Below are positions 35,403 through 44,412 of a stretch of 64,000 bases of DNA, in pieces. Numbering within the stretch: the stretch's first letter is position 1; each line of letters begins with the position of its first letter. The DNA is taken from positions 2,176,001-2,240,000 of the forward strand of contig CATQHZ020000001.1 in NCBI GenBank assembly GCA_958296135.2. Reading direction: 5' to 3'. Position numbers and translations under genes: made by a program. The notes below the pieces were generated by a model that was not told the origin of the DNA, made no database searches, and saw only the letters and a list, made by a program, of their open reading frames with translations. This stretch comes from an uncultured Poribacteria bacterium. Lineage in GTDB: Bacteria > Poribacteria > WGA-4E > WGA-3G.

Positions 35403-38261
35403 TTAACTCTGTTGTTCCACAATGCTAATCTCCCCCGCGGTGAGCCCGTACAACGCGTAGACGTGCCGGTCAATTTCCTTTGCCAACTCGGATGTATCCG
35501 CATCCGGATTAGCCGCTTTTGCCGAGAGAATTTTGTCAACTAATGCGACAATCGGACGCTGCGCCTCTTCCGCCGGGACAACCGCCGGCAACTTCCTGAC
35601 AACAGCAACCTTCACTTGTGCCTGACTTTTCCCTGCCTCCTGCGAGACAAAGTGGTAGACAAAATTCAGCAACCGGCTATTGAACAACGCTAAAAAATAC
35701 TTGAGGTTCACGCGTGGCAATTTCGGGAGGATGGTATAGAGCGTGTTATCCGTGTAAAAACGCCCCGATTCCGCCTCGCTGTGATATGCGACAATCAAAT
35801 CGTCGTCAGTTTGCCGCATGAGGAGCCGCTCGGGTTGGTGGTGATTTTCAATGGGGCCCCCGAAGCCCCAGTACTCGTTTCGGCGGCTCGGTTTTCCGCC
35901 TCTGCCGATGCCGGGAATCGGCAGAGGTTCATAGTCAATCTCACAGAACCGATACTGCGCCTTCGGCGAATCCCACTGCACAGAAAATCGTTGAATCTGC
36001 CGGCCTTGTAACAAGCGATGTCTGCCGCCGTTGTCTTCCTTAAAGAAGAGCTTCTTTCTAACGTTTCCAGAACTGATGCCAGTATCCAAGATACGACAGA
36101 ACTTCTCTATGGCATCAAAGGTTAGAAGCCGCAGCACCCAGACGTTTCTGCCGCTCAACAGGAGTTTCTGGTCTGGCATCTGACGAATTGTTGCGTAGTC
36201 AACCTTACCTCTTGACTGATAGCGGAAATCAGGGAAATGGAGCTCGCCGCTCATGTAGGAGGCATGCGAACCGCCTACTGCGTCTTTCAATAGGACAAAA
36301 ATGGCAGTATAAATCGCAGCGTCAAACGTCTGTGCGGGTACCTTGACGAGATGAATGAGCCTGTTCTCCAAAAGCAAGTCTCGAATCGGCCGCTTTTTGG
36401 ACAGCGCGACATAACTATCATTGGCGATATATGAAAGAATACCTTTTTCGGCGACAAGATCGAACCCCGCGAAGATAAAGTAGTCGCATAAATCACCTAC
36501 CCAACCGTAGTGCTGTTTCAGTTGCTCGCGCAGCATGGAACTCAAATGCTCACCTTTGGCATACGGCGGGTTGCCGATAACGATGTCAAACTTGGGGAGG
36601 CGGCAAGGTTCCGTTGTCCTTCCGAGGAGTGTGTCCGCGCAGAAAAAGTGCGTCTTTAACTCTGGCAAGGCAGGCATCTCTCGATTTTCTCCTAACTCAG
36701 CAATGAGAGAGAGGAAAAGGCGAAACTTGGCAATCTCTATCGCCATCGGTTGGATGTCCACGCCGTAGATGCAATTTTTGATGAGATAGAACTTGCGGCT
36801 GTAATCGGGTGCATTTCTTTCAAAGACTTCTTCGCGTTCCGATTTTTGAATGTTGGCACTTTGTAACTGCCGCCATTGCGTATTGCGAGGATCGAGTTTG
36901 CCAAGCAGAAAGACCAGGGTGTGCAGGATGCCCATCGGAAAAGCACCGGAGCCACAACCCGGGTCAAGAATTTTGAGCGAGTCAATTTTCTGAATCAGTC
37001 TTGCAGTTTCCCAGTCGGTGAACCGATGGGGCCTATCCCTATAAGCAAAAAGATGGCGGAGTCTCGTATCTATGTCCGAATTTTCGCCCAACGCATTCTT
37101 AAAATAGGCGATGAGTGACTCCTCTACCATGAAATCGACAATTTCGCGCGGGGTGTAGAAAGAGCCGGTCTGCTTGCGTGTAGTAATGCCAGCTTCGGGA
37201 TGAGCGGTGGCGAGCAGGTTTTCAAAGATTCTTCCGAGCACTTCCGGATCGAGCGCGACGACTTCCTCAAGCGGCGTATTCTCGGCAATCGTGAATTTGT
37301 ACCGGTCGAGGATATGAACGAGGACGCGCTGCGATTGCTTTTCCCGGCAGGCGCGCGGTCTTCGTTCAATGCGGCTGAGAAGTTGCTCTAACTCATTTTC
37401 GTCACAGAACTCCGGTAACACGAGCCCCTTCTCCTTCAGAAACCCGACAAAGATGAGCCGCGTAATGAGACGAATGACGCACGTCGCATTGCGCACCGCT
37501 ACATCTTCACCTGCATCGGCAGGAAACCGCACCTTGTCCACCGCCCAGAAATACCAATCCGCAATCTCCTTGTAGAAGCGTCTGTTGAGCACGGAGATAT
37601 CCAGCGTTTTCTGCCACGCCTGATGCAACTCCAAGAAATTGCTGAACTTGTGTGCACGATAGAGCGGAGCCAGGGACAACTCCGCCAAGAGCTCAACGTG
37701 TGCACGATGTGGGGAGACAACATCAATATCCTTGATGAAGCTCACCTTTTCAAGCACATCACGTCCGCTTTCGCGCCGACCAGGCCTTCGGTGAATACTC
37801 GCGAAGGTAAGCGAGCTTCCGTGCTGAAAAATGAGCAGTGCCGGCATGGCGAACACTTTGTTAATTTCACGGGTGATGTGCGCAAGCGCAGTGCGGTTGT
37901 AGGCCTTCCCCCGCAATTTCACGGCGAGGTAAAGATAAGACTGATAGATGCTCGGCTCAAAGGTGTCCCCGGGACCTAACTTGGTGTCCCGCCCTATTCC
38001 CTTGCTGAGCTCGTCATCGGTAATCTGGAAGAGGAAATCAAGGGTGTCCCATTCATGGAGCAGTGCCTTTTCAGGGTTTAGTTGCCCGTAACTATTGAAC
38101 ATCTCCGTGAATCTTTCGGCGGTATTCGGTTCAATCTTGAGCGTCCTATCGCTCTTGTAACCCAGCACGCTGAGGAGGCTGCGCGCGTTTTCGGCGAGGT
38201 TACCGTCCGGGAAACGGCTGAGGGCACCGCGAATCTCGTCTCTGCGTTGTGCAGAAATCAT
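35403..38261 (-). CDS. Large gamma-class N6-adenine DNA methyltransferase (Eco57I/type IIG-like) with a TaqI-C-like TRD
   Basis: KQTGSFYTP, LDPGCGSGAF (motif I), YGVDIQ, IGNPPY (motif IV) and VYALYGLT..EI. Confidence 0.85.
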   Translation of the reverse strand: MISAQRRDEIRGALSRFPDGNLAENARSLLSVLGYKSDRTLKIEPNTAERFTEMFNSYGQLNPEKALLHEWDTLDFLFQITDDELSKGIGRDTKLGPGDTFEPSIYQSYLYLAVKLRGKAYNRTALAHITREINKVFAMPALLIFQHGSSLTFASIHRRPGRRESGRDVLEKVSFIKDIDVVSPHRAHVELLAELSLAPLYRAHKFSNFLELHQAWQKTLDISVLNRRFYKEIADWYFWAVDKVRFPADAGEDVAVRNATCVIRLITRLIFVGFLKEKGLVLPEFCDENELEQLLSRIERRPRACREKQSQRVLVHILDRYKFTIAENTPLEEVVALDPEVLGRIFENLLATAHPEAGITTRKQTGSFYTPREIVDFMVEESLIAYFKNALGENSDIDTRLRHLFAYRDRPHRFTDWETARLIQKIDSLKILDPGCGSGAFPMGILHTLVFLLGKLDPRNTQWRQLQSANIQKSEREEVFERNAPDYSRKFYLIKNCIYGVDIQPMAIEIAKFRLFLSLIAELGENREMPALPELKTHFFCADTLLGRTTEPCRLPKFDIVIGNPPYAKGEHLSSMLREQLKQHYGWVGDLCDYFIFAGFDLVAEKGILSYIANDSYVALSKKRPIRDLLLENRLIHLVKVPAQTFDAAIYTAIFVLLKDAVGGSHASYMSGELHFPDFRYQSRGKVDYATIRQMPDQKLLLSGRNVWVLRLLTFDAIEKFCRILDTGISSGNVRKKLFFKEDNGGRHRLLQGRQIQRFSVQWDSPKAQYRFCEIDYEPLPIPGIGRGGKPSRRNEYWGFGGPIENHHQPERLLMRQTDDDLIVAYHSEAESGRFYTDNTLYTILPKLPRVNLKYFLALFNSRLLNFVYHFVSQEAGKSQAQVKVAVVRKLPAVVPAEEAQRPIVALVDKILSAKAANPDADTSELAKEIDRHVYALYGLTAGEISIVEQQS

Positions 38262-38539
38262 TGTGAATGCTCCTCGATTTCTACCTGCGGTTCATCGGCA
38301 GTTCGATTTAGACGCGAGTGATGCATCGCCCAATAGATGCCTGCTGTCAAGACACCACCGACAAGGGTTGCAAGGAACCACATCGGTGGACTCACGAAAA
38401 TCGTGGAGTGTCTGATGGAGAGCCGGTCAGCATCCCTATAGACTGCAAACGCAAATATGATATGCACCAGAACCGTTAAAATTCCAACTAGGATAGACAA
38501 GCTGCTCAAAATAGTAAAATCGATCAAATCGAAATTCAT
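38258..38539 (-). CDS. Small hypothetical membrane protein
   Basis: 93 aa with two hydrophobic segments; AGGAG RBS; ATGA overlap with the MTase. Confidence 0.7.
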   Translation of the reverse strand: MNFDLIDFTILSSLSILVGILTVLVHIIFAFAVYRDADRLSIRHSTIFVSPPMWFLATLVGGVLTAGIYWAMHHSRLNRTADEPQVEIEEHSQ

Positions 38540-38607
38540 TTTTTCTCCTTACCAACCAGAACAAACCCGGTAGGCGTGCTTTCAAAGCGCGCCTACCAGA
38601 AGTCTCG

Positions 38608-39648
38608 TTAAACTGCAACGCCGATCTCTTCGCGCCAAGCGTCTAACAACTGCATGTTGCCGAGCGTGTCATCCCACGGCATCGCCGGTGCCTGCCGCGC
38701 CGCGATATGGTTCGCCACCATCTCCGCTTCATACGTAAAGAGATCTTTGTCGACAGGAACAGTTATCTCCGAGGATTCGCCCTGCAGATGCGACTGAACG
38801 ATGAGTTTCGTTGAAGGAAAGGTTGTGCCCGGCGGCAACGGCTGTTTAGCGTGGCGGCACACCGATGAGGGAAGCCAAGGCTCCGGAATCGTGAGAGAAC
38901 CCTCCGAACCGTAAATCGTCACGCTACTGCCGAGACGACACTCCACGGCACAAAATATTTCCCCGATGATGTCGTTCTCAAACTTCAGCGTTGCCGAGGC
39001 GATGCCATCTACGCCAGTCGATGTCAATGTCCCATTCGCTTTCACCGAAATCGGGTTCAAAAACGGCTTGTTATCGGCGGCACCCGCCATCTTCCGCACC
39101 ATAGAAGCAGTGTAACACCCCAGGTCAAGGATACCGCCGCCGCCCATTTCACGGTTGAAAATGCGGCTGTCGGGGTTGAAATTGACGCGGTGGCTGAACG
39201 TCGCGCGAATGACGAGAACCTCGCCGATTTCCCCATCTTGTATCAGTTGAACTACCCGCTCGATCTGCGGGTGGCACCGATACATAAACGCCTCCATCAG
39301 AAACACATCGTTTGCGCGTGCCGCTGCTACCATCGCAGATGCTTCCGCGTGGTTCATGCTGATAGGTTTCTCCACCAGAATGTGCTTCTTCGCCTCCGCC
39401 GCCTTGATTGCCCACTCGGCATGAAGCGGGTGAATCGTCGAAATGTAGACAGCATCGACATCCTCGTCCGCCAAGAGGGCCTCGTAACTCTCGTATTGGC
39501 GAGGGATGTTGAAATCGTTGGCAAGTTTTTCTCTGCGTGATGACGTGCGGCTGGCGACAGCGAAAAGCTGTCCTGTATCCGTAAAACGCGTGCCGTTGCA
39601 GAATACGTAGGCGATGCCGCCGGCACCTATGACTCCCCAGTTTAACAT
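38608..39648 (-). CDS. Gfo/Idh/MocA-family oxidoreductase
   Basis: WGVIGAGGIA, EKP, EAFMYRCHP and GGGILDLGCY motifs. Confidence 0.92.
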   Translation of the reverse strand: MLNWGVIGAGGIAYVFCNGTRFTDTGQLFAVASRTSSRREKLANDFNIPRQYESYEALLADEDVDAVYISTIHPLHAEWAIKAAEAKKHILVEKPISMNHAEASAMVAAARANDVFLMEAFMYRCHPQIERVVQLIQDGEIGEVLVIRATFSHRVNFNPDSRIFNREMGGGGILDLGCYTASMVRKMAGAADNKPFLNPISVKANGTLTSTGVDGIASATLKFENDIIGEIFCAVECRLGSSVTIYGSEGSLTIPEPWLPSSVCRHAKQPLPPGTTFPSTKLIVQSHLQGESSEITVPVDKDLFTYEAEMVANHIAARQAPAMPWDDTLGNMQLLDAWREEIGVAV

Positions 39649-39722
39649 CGGTTGTTTCCTCCTTTGTCGTTTTCCGAGACGAGAAAGTTCGCGAGGGACA
39701 GGTTTTCCCTCGCGCTACGGTA

Positions 39723-40919
39723 TCATTGCGATGCTGCCGCGGCGCGCTGACTTGCCAGCGGATGCATAACTCCCGCACCGGCGGGCCAAACCCCCGGTTC
39801 TGCCCTAATCCATTCACACAATTTTTGCGCGTGCGGTGTCAAGGCTTCCCAAATCTCATGCGGCATCACCGGACTAAAGCCGTGCGGTGTGCGCCACGGG
39901 GCGGCATACTCAACGTTCGGTAATGCGCGAACCTCCCGTGACAAATTCGGGGTTGCGCCGTGCCACGCGCGGTTATCTCGGAACACACCGGAACCAGCAG
40001 TAGCACCGACGAGTGTAGAGTGCCGCATCCAGTCCGGCTCCTCGCCAGGGGGCGGCGGCGATTGCTGTAGCGTATGAGTCCCCGGAATCTGCCGAATCGG
40101 GCCGTTTTCCCACGTCAGATCGCACATGACAAAGTTAATAGTCACCGTCGGCGGAGTCATCTCCATAATCAACTTTTGTGTCGGCACATCAAGATTTCCC
40201 GCGCTGTCCCTCTCTAACTTCACACCGACGCGTTCGGCTTGCGCAACCCGCGCTTCCGTGAGATGCTGCGGGTCGCGCCCATCGGGATGCAGGTGTTGAT
40301 ACTCAATCGCGCCCGGCAGACAGAGATCTCCGCCGGAACCCCACACGTGATAATCAGACGAGCCAAAAATTTCAGTGACGATAGGGGTTGTCGTCGACAG
40401 ACCGGTCATGCTTGCCCAAGCCGAGTCGTGTAGCATCTGCCGTGATGCGGAGGAGGTGCCGTAACTATAGCGGTGCGGCAAGCGTCCTGTCTCGGTGACA
40501 TATTTTCGGTTGCCGCGTCCCGGAATCGAGAGGATATCGCGCAGCACGCGGGCGCATCCTTCGCGCCACTGTGCGAGTTGCGCCGAATTCAGCAGATCGC
40601 GTACGACAACGAACCCGTCCCGATGGAAGATGCGCGCGGCGCGCTTGACTTCGTGCGGCTCACAGATTTCAAGCCCGCGGATGCCGTTGTGCTCGCGCAA
40701 ATGCTCGCGGAGTGCTTGAACACCCGGCTCATCGTAAACCCGGCGGCTCGGCGAAGTCGGGTCTGACACGCCGAACCCACGGTGACTCGGAAAGACGTTG
40801 CCCTCTGCATCTACCGTCTCATTCGGCGGCGTATTCTCATCCCATCCGACAAGCGTCTCGCCGAAAACCTGCATGCTTTCCAATTCTGCTTGAATCTGTT
40901 GTCTATTGATGTCTATCAT
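39723..40919 (-). CDS. Phytanoyl-CoA dioxygenase (PhyH) family protein
   Basis: FHRDGFVVV, HPD (HxD), NGPIRQIPGTH and WHG motifs. Confidence 0.85.
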   Translation of the reverse strand: MIDINRQQIQAELESMQVFGETLVGWDENTPPNETVDAEGNVFPSHRGFGVSDPTSPSRRVYDEPGVQALREHLREHNGIRGLEICEPHEVKRAARIFHRDGFVVVRDLLNSAQLAQWREGCARVLRDILSIPGRGNRKYVTETGRLPHRYSYGTSSASRQMLHDSAWASMTGLSTTTPIVTEIFGSSDYHVWGSGGDLCLPGAIEYQHLHPDGRDPQHLTEARVAQAERVGVKLERDSAGNLDVPTQKLIMEMTPPTVTINFVMCDLTWENGPIRQIPGTHTLQQSPPPPGEEPDWMRHSTLVGATAGSGVFRDNRAWHGATPNLSREVRALPNVEYAAPWRTPHGFSPVMPHEIWEALTPHAQKLCEWIRAEPGVWPAGAGVMHPLASQRAAAASQ

Positions 40920-41092
40920 GACGCATCACTCCCTCTCCATAAACGTGACAGGCGAGATAAATTATAGGATAATTTGAAATGTATCATAAAATCCTTTTTT
41001 AGGCAACGATTTTTTCGCATTGACTTTCACACAGAGATATGATACACTAAATGAGCATCAATCTGGACGCGACAGGCAACAAGGAGAAAAAA

Positions 41093-42712
41093 ATGAGATA
41101 TTTTCAAACCCAGGGCACCGTATATCCCGAAGATAACTACATCGTTGCCCGTCGAAAAGAACTCGCCGATTTCATCATGCGGGTGAAACGCGGCAGATAC
41201 ATCGTGCTTTTCGCACCCCGCCAAACCGGGAAGACTACGTTCTTCCGCACTGCGCTAGAAGCCCTTACGGCTGAAGAACCAGACTACTTTCCAATTCAAC
41301 TCAATTTTGAGGCGTATGAAGACAGCGATGCTGCTGAATTTTACGCAGGGCTCCCCGAGGATATTCACGTGGCAATCGAGACGGTTTTTCAGCAACGCTG
41401 CAGGCGCATCTCTGCGCCTTTCGCCCAATTTTTGGAGGATACGAGATTCACCAATCATCTCTCAATGAGAAGGTTCTTTAGGCAGCTTTCAACTTTTCTC
41501 AATAATCAACGGGTTGTTCTCATCATGGACGAGTTTGATGCCATCCCGCGAGAGGCCCTGCGCGGTTTTCTGCATATACTCCGCGCTATCTATCTCTCTG
41601 GTAGGGTGCGATGTCCTCACAGCGTCGGAATTGTCGGCGTTAAGAGGCTCACGCAGCTCAGCTACGATAGGACTATCTCGCCCTTTAATATTCAGGACGA
41701 GTTTCACTTGCCGAACTTCACGCTCGCCCAGGTGCAGGAACTCCTCGGGCAGTATACCGAGGAAGTCGGCCAAGCCTTCGCACCAGAAGTCATTGAAAGC
41801 CTCTACAAACAGACGGCCGGACAGCCGGTGCTTGTCAACCGATTGGCACAGATACTCACCGCGGAATTGGACATTCCAAAGACGGAGATGATTGACACCG
41901 AACACTTTTCAACCGCACACAGGCACCTCCTCCGCGAGTCAAACGTCAACCTCCAGCATCTCACAACCAATATCCAGAGGGATGCCCGATTTGCAAGGCT
42001 CCTCATGAAAATCGCGTCTTATGATGAAGGTATCCGATTCAATCCGCGCGACGAAATTATGGATGAACTCGCCACATACGGTGTCCTCGCGGAAGGCCCG
42101 GATGGGATGTGTGAAATCGTCAATCCCATTTATCATTATTGCATTCTACAGACGTTTGAACCCGCAGTGAACGGACTAGAGGCGGAATACTTCCCCAAAG
42201 ACACCGGCCCCGAGACCTTTCGGGAGTACCTCATCCCCACCGGACAGATTGACATGGCACTGCTCCTCGATAACTTTCGCGATTTCATCGCGCGTGCCGG
42301 ATTCCGAATCCTACTAGTACCACAGACACCACAAGAATATGTGGGGCAGCATCTCCTGTTCGCCTATTTGGATAACTTTGTCCGGCAGGTGCATGGGACA
42401 CTGCACCTGGAGGTGCAAACTGGACGCGGTAGGATAGATCTGATGGTGCACCATCGTAACCAGAAATACATCGTTGAAACCAAAATCTGGCAGGGCGAAC
42501 GAAGTTACCAGAGCGGCAAACAGCAACTCGCCGCCTATCTTAAGTTGGAAGGTGTCACGGAGGGATACTACATCGTCTTCGATCATCGAAGGACACCAGA
42601 GCCGCGCGTAGAAACGGAGATGCTGGAAGGAAACCTGACAATTCGGAGTTACGTCATCCCCGTGATGCAAGAACCACCCTCCGCTAGCAGCGCGGGGCCA
42701 GCAGAACCGTAA
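41093..42712 (+). CDS. AAA-like ATPase (AAA_35-type) with a C-terminal PD-(D/E)xK nuclease domain
   Basis: APRQTGKTT, MDEFD, SPFNI, TAGQP and GRIDL...VETK...QLAAYL motifs; RBS AAGGAG; promoter TTGACT-17-TACACT at 41020-41048. Confidence 0.85.
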   Translation: MRYFQTQGTVYPEDNYIVARRKELADFIMRVKRGRYIVLFAPRQTGKTTFFRTALEALTAEEPDYFPIQLNFEAYEDSDAAEFYAGLPEDIHVAIETVFQQRCRRISAPFAQFLEDTRFTNHLSMRRFFRQLSTFLNNQRVVLIMDEFDAIPREALRGFLHILRAIYLSGRVRCPHSVGIVGVKRLTQLSYDRTISPFNIQDEFHLPNFTLAQVQELLGQYTEEVGQAFAPEVIESLYKQTAGQPVLVNRLAQILTAELDIPKTEMIDTEHFSTAHRHLLRESNVNLQHLTTNIQRDARFARLLMKIASYDEGIRFNPRDEIMDELATYGVLAEGPDGMCEIVNPIYHYCILQTFEPAVNGLEAEYFPKDTGPETFREYLIPTGQIDMALLLDNFRDFIARAGFRILLVPQTPQEYVGQHLLFAYLDNFVRQVHGTLHLEVQTGRGRIDLMVHHRNQKYIVETKIWQGERSYQSGKQQLAAYLKLEGVTEGYYIVFDHRRTPEPRVETEMLEGNLTIRSYVIPVMQEPPSASSAGPAEP

Positions 42713-42985
42713 CCTCTTTCCGCTTCCCGGCAGGAGCGCATCAATAACCATCCGAAGAAGATTATTTCCGCAACAATATCTTCCGCAGTCTAGCAGAGCC
42801 TCTTTTTTCGCAACAATTTTTTTTGCTTGAAAAATTAATCAAAATCTGCTATCATAAATATTCAATACTAAATTACGTTGATTTCCCAGTACTGGATGTC
42901 TAGCTAGAGCAACCTCTCTTTAGATCCTAGCGGACCTAATGAATCTGAAACCTTTTGTTCCAGTTCGGCGTTAAGAAAAACAGCA

Positions 42986-43111
42986 GTAGGAGAGACCTCC
43001 TGGTCTCGACATCATCTGTAGTAGGAGAAACCTCCCGGGCTCAACTCTGCAGTAGGAGAGACCTCCTGGTCTTGACATCATCTGTAGTAGGAGAAACCTC
43101 CCGCGTCTCGA
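42986..43111 (+). repeat. Four tandem GTAG REP family B units (a 66-bp dimer, duplicated)
   Basis: gtaggagagacctcctggtctcga-like units at 42986, 43021, 43052 and 43087. Confidence 0.9.
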
Positions 43112-43194
43112 TGCCCATGAAACTGGCGTTGCGCGAGGCAAGGTAATTTGCCTAACAACATCCGAATTGAAAACCACGAAGGTCCTGATAAAAT

Positions 43195-44412
43195 ATGCTC
43201 ATATTGCACACCGCCGATTGGCACATCGGGCAGCGGCTCCACGAACGGCCGCGGATCGACGAACACAGACAATTCTTAGAGTGGCTCCTCAAAACGATTA
43301 AAGAACGCGCCGTGGAGCTCCTCCTCGTTTCGGGAGACATCTTTAATACGTCGCTTCCCTCTGCGGATGCCACGAATCTCTATTACGATTTCCTCCACCG
43401 GTTTTCCAAGGAGACGAAGGCGTATGCGGTTATCACCGCCGGCAACCACGATTCGCCGCGGCATTTGGAAGCACCGAAAGAGTTCCTCAAGATGGGGAGG
43501 ATTTACGTCGTTGGGCGCGCCGCTGAAGCGGATGATTGTGTCCTCCCCTTTCCGCCGGAAAACCCGAAGGTCGCCGTAGCAGCCGTACCGTATCTCTCCG
43601 AAAGCGAGTTGTCGCACATCTCGTTTGAAACCGAGCCGGAGAAAGCCGAACGCTATCGCGAGCGTCTGAAAGCACTCTATCGGCAGTGCGTTGACGCGAT
43701 GCCCGCTGAGCTCCCGAAGATTTTGATGGGACACCTCTTCGTCAAAGATGGAAAAGTGGGCGATTCGGAACGCAACATCCAAATCGGGGGTGCGACTGCG
43801 ATCCACGTTAAAGATTTTCCTGATGGAGTGGATTACGTCGCCTTAGGGCATTTGCATCGGCCGCAGGAAATTAAACGCGCGAGTTATCCGGTCCGCTATT
43901 CCGGTTCGCCGCTGCCCTTGCGGTTCAACGAAGCCACTTATCGCAAGACGGTTTACCTGCTAGAGGTTTCCGATGCTGGCAAGTCTCTTTCGGTGGAAGG
44001 GATCGAGATTCCTAATTGCATCGGCAAGGAACTCTGCACTGTGGAGGGAGATCTCAACACGGTTTTGACGCGGGCGATGGAAGAGGATTGGGATGGGAAA
44101 TACATCCAGGTCAAACTGACATTGGATAAACCGGAAGTCGGTATCAAGGAAAAGGTTCAGGACGCGTTTGGCCAACGCGGCGGCGATGTGCTGATCGTTA
44201 AACTGGAACTGCGCGATCCGGCCTGCCCAGACCCCTGGGACGGGATTCAACTTGAGGATCTGCGGCAGCCCACTGAAATTTTTAAGCTGTTCTATGAAAA
44301 AAAAGGATTTGGCAAAGAGCCTGATGAACAGCTCATGCAAACGTTCACCGAACTGCTGGAGTCGGTAAAAAATAAGGAGGTATCTGATGAAAGTGATCCA
44401 GCTGAGACTTAA
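43195..44412 (+). CDS. sbcD: Exonuclease SbcD (Mre11-like)
   Basis: HTADWHIG, SGDIF, AGNHDS, ALGHLH and YSGSP motifs. Confidence 0.93.
   Translation: MLILHTADWHIGQRLHERPRIDEHRQFLEWLLKTIKERAVELLLVSGDIFNTSLPSADATNLYYDFLHRFSKETKAYAVITAGNHDSPRHLEAPKEFLKMGRIYVVGRAAEADDCVLPFPPENPKVAVAAVPYLSESELSHISFETEPEKAERYRERLKALYRQCVDAMPAELPKILMGHLFVKDGKVGDSERNIQIGGATAIHVKDFPDGVDYVALGHLHRPQEIKRASYPVRYSGSPLPLRFNEATYRKTVYLLEVSDAGKSLSVEGIEIPNCIGKELCTVEGDLNTVLTRAMEEDWDGKYIQVKLTLDKPEVGIKEKVQDAFGQRGGDVLIVKLELRDPACPDPWDGIQLEDLRQPTEIFKLFYEKKGFGKEPDEQLMQTFTELLESVKNKEVSDESDPAET

Noticed and set aside
42986-43111. Possible mini-CRISPR upstream of nuclease genes
   Set aside because: The spacers are only about 7-11 bp and themselves repeated; the units are REP family B; the neighbours are sbcD/sbcC, not cas.
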